Positions 58,023 through 64,000 of a DNA stretch of 64,000 nt are shown one piece after another. The DNA is from Thermoproteota archaeon. GTDB taxonomy: Archaea; Korarchaeota; Korarchaeia; Korarchaeales; Korarchaeaceae. Below the pieces are notes generated by a model. That model was not told the origin of the DNA. It did not search any database and saw only the letters and a program-made list of their open reading frames with translations. How positions within the stretch are numbered: position 1 is the stretch's first letter; each line of letters starts with the position of its first letter. The stretch is taken from NCBI GenBank assembly GCA_027491435.1, contig JAOZFG010000004.1, positions 32,001 to 96,000 on the forward strand, in the 5' to 3' direction. Both the position numbers and the translations under genes were made by a program.

Positions 58023-59674
58023 GGTATCTCAAGCAATTTCCTGACCTCTATCTTGTAAATAAGCTGTCTGTAATATGAGGGCTTACCCCCAACGGCCACT
58101 CCATAAGCCCCCTCCATTATTGCGGCCTCTATAAATTTAGGCGTCAAGGGGCCGTGTTTAACGCTGACTATGAACTTCTTACCTTTCATGCTGGATAGAA
58201 GTCTGTTTATGTAGACAACCTTGCCCATCTCGCTGCTAAATGGTTTTATCAGAGAGGGCACGTCCAGTATTACCTTATCCCAATCTAAGGTGATTGCTGC
58301 ACCGGGGTTTCTCATGACAGCCCACAGGTCTTTTACGCCATATCCCTTCAACAAGCTTAAGTAGAGTTCTATCTCATCCGTGGTCTCAGCTATTATAGCG
58401 TAAGACCTGTACACGGATCTGCTGATCTTATTCTCCTCGAAAGGCACGCCTCTTGGCAGTAGGGCTATAACCTCTTTCCCTTGTATTGAAGGGGCTTTGT
58501 CCAGAGTGGTGATAACGCCGTCGAACCTGTCAACGTTCTTAGGCGATGAGCTCCTGAGAAACAGCCTGGTTCCCGTGACCACGCTCACCACGATGGGCTT
58601 TCTGTAATGCTTCTCCTCCACCACAACCTCCTTGGCCTTCTCCACTTCGGCCTTCTCCTTATTCACCTCAACCTCCCTACTCAAGCGCTGTACGGGCTGA
58701 CTCAAGAATTCTAAAACCCTCTTCTCCACGGCTCTCACCGGAGGTCTCTCAGGCTCCTTGTGAGCCTGTATAACGTATAGGTCAGAGGTCCCATCTTGAA
58801 CTATCCACTCCACCCTTGTCGGGGTGCCGAAGACCTTCGATAGGTTGACAGAGGTCCTAGTTATCTCTATTATTTTGGCCTCATCTAGGGACGAGTTAAC
58901 CCAGAGGTTCTGAGGGACCTCCTCCCTTTTAATCCCCTGCGGGGTGGGAACTGCCCTGAACCTCTTCTCCTCAACCTCGCTTTCAACGACCCTCATGTCT
59001 TCCACTAACACCTTAAACCTGTCTTTAGCGGAATCTGCTGCCATTAACCCCCAAGTGGACTCTATAAGAACTTCTCCAGCCCTTCTAGATGGACAACATA
59101 CAGCTATGCCAGAGGAGAGTGGATAAATAACCTTCTGAATGATGGCAGCTATGCTTATGTCTTCCGGAGGAATACCCAGATCAATTAACCTGGCTATCAA
59201 CCTTAGGGAAAAGGCCTCAAGCCAGAGGTTGGTGAGAGCTCGCTTTATCCCTTCCTTATTAGCTCTATCAAACCAGACCCTAGTCCTACCCTCTAGATCT
59301 CCGTCTTTAAGGCCCATGGCATATGGAGACGGCCTGACCACTATGAACTTGGCTGATAGGTCATCCAATTTCTCTAAGATCCCCTCTATGAGCTCATCAG
59401 GCACCTCCATCGACTGGGCTTTCCTGAACACCCTGTCAAGCCATTCCTTAACTTTCGCCAGGTTTGCCTCATCTTCTCTCAAGTAGCGGGCTAGCCTGAA
59501 GATCTCATGCCTGAGGCCCTCCCTCTGCAACCACCTGTTGAACTGACTTGTAGTCACCACCAGCCCAGGAGGAACCCTAATGCCGCTCTCTATAACCCTG
59601 TAGAGGTTCTTTGCTTTAAAACCGACGTCTTCCTCCGGAGCTCCCCTCAAATCACTCAGGTACAGGATAGTCAA
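58019..59674 (-). CDS. PEP synthase-like protein lacking the phospho-His swivel domain (probable pseudoenzyme)
   Basis: VGFKAKNL, VPPGLVVT, IIQK...SGIA, IESTWGL, VEW...LYVIQA ATP-grasp motifs; no TSHAAI motif. Confidence 0.7.
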   Translation of the reverse strand: MTILYLSDLRGAPEEDVGFKAKNLYRVIESGIRVPPGLVVTTSQFNRWLQREGLRHEIFRLARYLREDEANLAKVKEWLDRVFRKAQSMEVPDELIEGILEKLDDLSAKFIVVRPSPYAMGLKDGDLEGRTRVWFDRANKEGIKRALTNLWLEAFSLRLIARLIDLGIPPEDISIAAIIQKVIYPLSSGIAVCCPSRRAGEVLIESTWGLMAADSAKDRFKVLVEDMRVVESEVEEKRFRAVPTPQGIKREEVPQNLWVNSSLDEAKIIEITRTSVNLSKVFGTPTRVEWIVQDGTSDLYVIQAHKEPERPPVRAVEKRVLEFLSQPVQRLSREVEVNKEKAEVEKAKEVVVEEKHYRKPIVVSVVTGTRLFLRSSSPKNVDRFDGVITTLDKAPSIQGKEVIALLPRGVPFEENKISRSVYRSYAIIAETTDEIELYLSLLKGYGVKDLWAVMRNPGAAITLDWDKVILDVPSLIKPFSSEMGKVVYINRLLSSMKGKKFIVSVKHGPLTPKFIEAAIMEGAYGVAVGGKPSYYRQLIYKIEVRKLLEIP

Positions 59675-60450
59675 GCTATCACCTCTACCACATCTCCTAC
59701 GCCGGCCCCCGATAACTTCGCGGCGTTGCCCCTAGCCACTGAGATTTCCATAAGGTTCGTGCTTCCCCTTATTATAAGGAACCCCCTTCCCTCGTAATAA
59801 GGTGACCTATAGGCCTGTAGAACGGCCCTTCCCACCTTTATGAAAGCCCTTTTAAGGTTCTTAACCTCTCTCCATGGGATGTTGGTCACCAGGTTGCCAA
59901 ACCTATCGACGTTCATTATCTCGCCGATTATCCTGTTGCCGGATCTTCTATAGTTCCATATGTTTAGCTTGATCAGGTCCTGTATTGACTTAGGGAATCC
60001 GAAGCTTTCTATATTCCTTCCACACGAGATCATACCAGCTATCGGGGCAAACACGTCCCTGCCATCGAAGGTGCCAGTTCTCCTGAAGGCTAGTCCCGTC
60101 GACTCTAAGTCTATCTTGTAGGCTTTGTAGGACCTACCCTCTATAGAGGGCCAGAAGAGCCCGTTATCAGGTCCGACGAAGGTGAACTCCCCGGTAAGCA
60201 CTATAGGATCCCTATCGGACCCAACCCCCGGGTCAACCACCCCCACCACTATAGCTCCCTTAGGGATGGCCGTTAGGGATTGCCATATAAGAAAGGATCC
60301 ATGTTTGACGTTGAACGGGAGAACCTTGTGCGTTATATCGTACACGTTGGCGCCTGGGCACTCCCTCTTTATGGCTCCCTTAAGAGCTCCAACGTAATAG
60401 CTCTCATCTCCGAAGTCGGTTATCAGGAAAATTGGGGCACTCATCATCAT
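59671..60450 (-). CDS. SAM hydroxide adenosyltransferase (DUF62)
   Basis: LITDFG, DITH, VVDPGVG, GPDNG, TFDGRDVFAP, VDRFGN; start placed at ATG about 60450. Confidence 0.9.
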   Translation of the reverse strand: MMMSAPIFLITDFGDESYYVGALKGAIKRECPGANVYDITHKVLPFNVKHGSFLIWQSLTAIPKGAIVVGVVDPGVGSDRDPIVLTGEFTFVGPDNGLFWPSIEGRSYKAYKIDLESTGLAFRRTGTFDGRDVFAPIAGMISCGRNIESFGFPKSIQDLIKLNIWNYRRSGNRIIGEIMNVDRFGNLVTNIPWREVKNLKRAFIKVGRAVLQAYRSPYYEGRGFLIIRGSTNLMEISVARGNAAKLSGAGVGDVVEVIA

Positions 60451-60506
60451 AACCACTCCTAACCCTTTATAAGGTCCCGCGCTCACCTGCCCTTGAGGGA
60501 AAGAGG

Positions 60507-60725
60507 ATGGATAGATCACGTGGCCTAACCATTAAGGCCATCGTCATCATGGCCTTCGGCGTGGCCCTAGTTGTATCGTCCTTTTTAGTCATGGTAATGG
60601 ACATCAGCTCCCTCCTTCTAGTCCTGAGGGTAACCACTTTCTCTTGGATGTTCTTACTGGGCCTGGTTCTCATACTAATATCGTATAAGCTGATGACTCT
60701 CAGGCCTCCTCCCCCTCAAGAGTGA
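60507..60725 (+). CDS. Small two-TM membrane protein
   Basis: Hydrophobic 72 aa ORF filling the gap; purine-rich leader and TTTATAA box upstream. Confidence 0.55.
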   Translation: MDRSRGLTIKAIVIMAFGVALVVSSFLVMVMDISSLLLVLRVTTFSWMFLLGLVLILISYKLMTLRPPPPQE

Positions 60726-61278
60726 GCGGGAAGGAGTGCAGCGTCTCGTAAATGGGCCCCTTAGGCGTTAACGTGCTCTTCTTAAGTCTAACTTCCCTCA
60801 CCTCAATCTCGCCGATCTCCACGTTCTCAACTCTAGTTATTAGGCTGGGCAGGTCAGAAGACCTGTACTTAACCCTGGCTATTGTCAAATGAGGTTCGAA
60901 GGACCTCTTCTCCTTAGGAAACCCGACCTTCCTCAAGGCGTCCTCTACTAGGTTGGCGAGCCTAATCAGCGAATCCCTCCCGTCGCTGACCCCCACCCAT
61001 ATTACGTTGGGCCTGCTTACCCTAGGGAAGGCGCCCACCCTCTCTAGCCTAATCCTGAACGGGTCAACTCCCTTAAGGGCTCCCTCTAGGGCCTTCACTA
61101 TCACGGGTATTCTAGTCTCCTCTACCTCTCCCAGGAATTTCAGGGTTATGTGGAGATTCTCTGGCTCAACCAGCTTTATCCTGGCCGAGGAGGAAGATAT
61201 CTCTCTCTGTATATCAACTATCTTACCCCTTACGAGCTCGTCCTCTAAATCAACGGCTACGAAAGTCCTCAGCCTCAT
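60700..61278 (-). CDS. thpR: RNA 2',3'-cyclic phosphodiesterase (2H family)
   Basis: HITLKF and PHLTIAR motifs; STLTPKGPIY. Confidence 0.94.
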   Translation of the reverse strand: MRLRTFVAVDLEDELVRGKIVDIQREISSSSARIKLVEPENLHITLKFLGEVEETRIPVIVKALEGALKGVDPFRIRLERVGAFPRVSRPNVIWVGVSDGRDSLIRLANLVEDALRKVGFPKEKRSFEPHLTIARVKYRSSDLPSLITRVENVEIGEIEVREVRLKKSTLTPKGPIYETLHSFPLTLEGEEA

Positions 61279-61279
61279 T

Positions 61280-61633
61280 TCACCTCAGCTCTGGCGGAAC
61301 CCCCTCATTGGGTATCATGCAGAGGAACGTCACTTCCTCGTAGGCCTCGTAGGAGTGGGGAAGGTTGGGAGGTATGAAGATCGCGTCGCCTTCCTTAACT
61401 TCGTAATCTTCTCCTCCTATGGTTATCTTACCCCTCCCCTTCAGTATTAGGATTTCATGCTCCCAGGGGTGCTTGTGTTCGGGTATCTTGCCCCCTTCAT
61501 CCATCCTGAATATCCTCATCGAGAAGTTGGGGACACCGTCCTTTGGGGAGAAGACCCACTTTATCCAGGTCTTCTCTGCTATTTCAACTGGTTTGAACTC
61601 TAGCTCCTCCAAACTCTTGATGATCGGTTTCAT
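61280..61633 (-). CDS. Cupin-domain protein
   Basis: HKHPWEHE...G-x-G...IPPNLPH. Confidence 0.9.
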   Translation of the reverse strand: MKPIIKSLEELEFKPVEIAEKTWIKWVFSPKDGVPNFSMRIFRMDEGGKIPEHKHPWEHEILILKGRGKITIGGEDYEVKEGDAIFIPPNLPHSYEAYEEVTFLCMIPNEGVPPELR

Positions 61634-61677
61634 ATAACGTTATAACGACGACAGGGTATTAAATTTAGCGAGGTAGC

Positions 61678-62568
61678 ATGAGGGCCCTGGTAACAGGAGC
61701 GAGCGGCATGCTCGGCTTGAACCTAACAGAGCTTCTACTGAAAGAAGGGTGGGATCTAACCTTCTTGGTGAATCCAGGGAGCTTAAAGAAGAGGCCTTGG
61801 GCGAAAAGCCTCCTTAAGGGGAGAATAGTAGAGTCTAGAGTGGAGGAATTCGGGGAAAGGTTGGACGTAGATGTGGTGTTTCATCTAGCGGCGGTGATGA
61901 GGGGCCCCACCTGGAGGATCAACTATCAGGGAACGAAAAACGTCCTAGAAAGGGTCTCATTCGATAAGTTCGTACTGGTTAGCAGCATTCTAGCCTTAGG
62001 GGACTCCCTGAATCAAAATGCGTCAGAAGACACTCTATGCAGGCCTAGAACTGGTTATGAGAAGTCCAAGTGTGAGGCTGAAAGGGAAGTGTCTAAGCTG
62101 GAGGACTTCGTTATAGTCAGGCCCGGTTGGATATACGGCAAGTATTCCATCAACCCAGACATACTTAGCATCGTCAGGTTAGTTAAGCGGGGGATCGCAC
62201 CGGTGTTGATTGATGAAGAGCTGCCTTTAGCTATGGTCAACGCTAAGGACGTGGCTAGGGCCATTTTACACCTGGTAAAGATAGGGGCTAAAGGGACGTT
62301 CAACGTGAGAGGGCCTAGGATGTACTCTATGGGGGAGCTAATTGATGTTATATCCTCTGTCTTAGGTAAGAAGCCCATTAAAGTTAGGTTGCCAAAGCTA
62401 GCTGTAAGCCTGTATTCCAAGAGGGTGGACGTAGCTAGATACCTGTTGCTAGCACCGAGAGACGTTCCTATAGACAGGTTAAGGGAAACAGGCTTCAACC
62501 CTTCTGTGGAACTCGATGAAGGGATGGAAGAGGCCATATCTTGGATGAGGGGGCAGGGGATAATCTAG
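61678..62568 (+). CDS. NAD-dependent epimerase/dehydratase (extended SDR)
   Basis: TGASGMLG, FHLAA, SS, YEKSK, RPGWIYG. Confidence 0.9.
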   Translation: MRALVTGASGMLGLNLTELLLKEGWDLTFLVNPGSLKKRPWAKSLLKGRIVESRVEEFGERLDVDVVFHLAAVMRGPTWRINYQGTKNVLERVSFDKFVLVSSILALGDSLNQNASEDTLCRPRTGYEKSKCEAEREVSKLEDFVIVRPGWIYGKYSINPDILSIVRLVKRGIAPVLIDEELPLAMVNAKDVARAILHLVKIGAKGTFNVRGPRMYSMGELIDVISSVLGKKPIKVRLPKLAVSLYSKRVDVARYLLLAPRDVPIDRLRETGFNPSVELDEGMEEAISWMRGQGII

Positions 62569-62610
62569 ATCAAAGTTTATAAATGGGCAAGCCCCTCCCA
62601 TTCTCTGGGA

Positions 62611-62720
62611 GCCGGGGTAGCTCAGCCTGGTTAGAGCACCGGACTCATAAGCTGGATGGGCCCACGGTGCTCTGCTGGGAAATCCGGGGGTCCCGGGTTC
62701 AAATCCCGGCCCCGGCACCA
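62611..62720 (+). tRNA. tRNA(CAT), probably elongator Met, with a 32-nt intron (62650-62681) at 37/38
   Basis: GCCGGGG/CCCCGGC acceptor, CCGGA-ctCATa^a-TCCGG; BHB with CTCA:TGGG helix and TAA/AAA bulges; CCA encoded; TTTATAAA upstream. Confidence 0.93.
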
Positions 62721-62722
62721 CT

Positions 62723-63493
62723 TCAAGTTAAGTCTCCGCAGTTACAGTAGACCTCGTGTATTATGTCATAAAGCTCGTCGAACCCGCTTCCAGATAGGGC
62801 TGAGACCCTGACCAGCCTGGTCGCTTGTCTGTAGTCGTCCATGACCTGAACCAGGGACTGAGCCAGGTCTGCCCTTACTCCAGCTTCCCTGCTCAACGCT
62901 TCCATCAGAACGAGCTCCTCCTCCAAGGATCTGGCCACCTCATCTGAGATCTCAACGTCCGCCTTGTTGAGTATGGGTATGCTGTCCACGTCCAACCTGA
63001 GCTGTATTACTGTGGCCATCAGCTTGAGAGCTACTAAGTCAGAAGGTTTCTTAGCTAGCAGGGGGTCAAAAACAACTATAGCGACTGGAAAGCCTATCCT
63101 CTTCAAAATGCCCAGGAGCTCGGGTCCATTTTCCCTGAAAACGAACAGCTCCATCTGACCGGGGGTGTCCACTAGCACGTAGTCTGATGGTATCCTCACA
63201 AGCTCTCTATATATCTGATCGCCAAGCTCCAGCATTAAGTCAGCGCTCTTGATGAAGGCCCCATTAGGGCCCAAGTTGTATTTCTTCATGACGTCGGTGA
63301 CTCTGATGTACTTCCTGATGTCAAAGTCTGGCTTGTAAGGGAGGTAGTCTGCACCAGGATCCAAGTTAACGTACCCAACTTTCACGCCCCTGCTCTCCAA
63401 CCATCTGCCGTAACTGCCAACAAGGGTGGTCTTTCCAGATCCAGCCGGGCCCAGCACCACTACAAACTGCTTTGACAGGAGGAACTCAAACAT
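62723..63493 (-). CDS. GPN-loop GTPase
   Basis: GPAGSGKT, NLDPG, LGPNGA, DTPGQME, NKAD, VSA. Confidence 0.94.
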   Translation of the reverse strand: MFEFLLSKQFVVVLGPAGSGKTTLVGSYGRWLESRGVKVGYVNLDPGADYLPYKPDFDIRKYIRVTDVMKKYNLGPNGAFIKSADLMLELGDQIYRELVRIPSDYVLVDTPGQMELFVFRENGPELLGILKRIGFPVAIVVFDPLLAKKPSDLVALKLMATVIQLRLDVDSIPILNKADVEISDEVARSLEEELVLMEALSREAGVRADLAQSLVQVMDDYRQATRLVRVSALSGSGFDELYDIIHEVYCNCGDLT

Positions 63494-63504
63494 TTTTGAC
63501 CCCC

Positions 63505-63894
63505 CTAAGGGAGAACCTCCACTCCCCTTCTTAAGGCTTTTACCCTTAATTCCTCATCAAAAGTTACTATAGGAGCTCTATAATCTTCAGAAATTATGAG
63601 TATGACCTCATCTTCCCAGTTACCTATACCTTTAAGCAGGCCTTCGATTAAAGACTCTGGGCTAGGACAGATGACGCTAGCCCTCCTATCGGATAAAACC
63701 CTGACAACAGCGGAGATGGCATCTTTATCTCCGAGGCCGGCTCCCCTTAAGAACCATATAAGCTCGTGGATAACCACGTCTGGGATTATCCACTCACTTG
63801 CCTTGTTTAGGACTGTCTTGGCTTTCTCGTGAAGTTTTTGATCTTCAAACAAGTAGTAGATTACAGCGTTAGTGTCGACAACGACCCTCCTCAA
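63505..63894 (-). CDS. vapC: PIN-domain (VapC-like) toxin
   Basis: VVDTN, VIHE, ED, TFDEEL. Confidence 0.88.
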   Translation of the reverse strand: MRRVVVDTNAVIYYLFEDQKLHEKAKTVLNKASEWIIPDVVIHELIWFLRGAGLGDKDAISAVVRVLSDRRASVICPSPESLIEGLLKGIGNWEDEVILIISEDYRAPIVTFDEELRVKALRRGVEVLP

Positions 63895-64000
63895 CTCTTG
63901 GCACCGTGGGCTATTAGCTCTTTTATCTCATTAACGTTGACCTCCCTGCCCAGCGCAAGCCTGTTGTGAGCCTCAATGGGTCGAATCACTACAGCCTCAC
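63891..64000 (-). CDS. C-terminal part of a probable AbrB/MazE-type antitoxin (start outside the window)
   Basis: ...EAVVIRPIEAHNRLALGREVNVNEIKELIAHGAKS*; TTGA overlap with the PIN start. Confidence 0.6.
   Translation of the reverse strand, partial: EAVVIRPIEAHNRLALGREVNVNEIKELIAHGAKS

Noticed and set aside
56221-60450. FlK-like thioesterase near a fluorinase/chlorinase homolog, suggesting an organohalogen pathway
   Set aside because: Both families are widespread in archaea, the genes are separated by an opposite-strand gene, and nothing here distinguishes the DUF62 protein as a halogenase. Its TFDGRD motif (commonly TFHGRD) deserves an alignment check only.
62479-62721. 80-aa minus-strand ORF
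   Set aside because: Antisense shadow of the tRNA gene.
97-63832. Many 60-200 aa ORFs antisense to or nested in long genes (e.g. 16769-17329, 37231-37704, 40879-41478, 49706-49987)
   Set aside because: Ser/Leu/Pro-rich shadow translations typical of the reverse complement of this codon usage; no motifs or SD support.
1-64000. CRISPR arrays, IS elements, integrases, or att duplications at the four tRNAs
   Set aside because: No regularly spaced repeats, transposase or recombinase motifs, or duplicated tRNA ends seen by eye; genes flanking the tRNAs are housekeeping.

Overview
Gene-dense window (about 70 CDS, many with overlapping stop/start codons) from a thermophilic archaeon. Gene content (Gins23-MCM, Alba, TIP49, class I LysRS, OapA/OapC, FBP aldolase/phosphatase) suggests a TACK lineage such as Korarchaeia; this is inference. 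It is mostly core genome: replication and repair (GINS, intein-containing MCM, Hel308, Lhr, Nth), transcription (TFB, TBP, Rpo12, Rpo6), RNA processing and modification (RNase Z, beta-CASP nuclease, TrmI, TgtA, ThpR), proteostasis, central metabolism, envelope glycosylation, four tRNAs (one with a BHB intron) and a VapBC pair at the right edge. I saw no CRISPR array, transposase or integrase. Most notable: (i) a PEP-synthase paralog lacking its phospho-His domain, translationally coupled between a SAM hydrolase and a lysine deacetylase; (ii) three genes (TFB, LysRS, an M20 protein) whose conserved N-termini need CUG/AUA starts; (iii) oapA-oapC without oapB at the end of a GINS-MCM-Hel308 gene run; (iv) an isolated ATPase I+K membrane module with an elongated subunit I; (v) an MCM intein with a decayed LAGLIDADG nuclease but an intact-looking Cro/XRE HTH; (vi) several other apparent pseudoenzymes, odd fusions and structured leaders. 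All assignments come from motifs recognised by eye; no database search was run.
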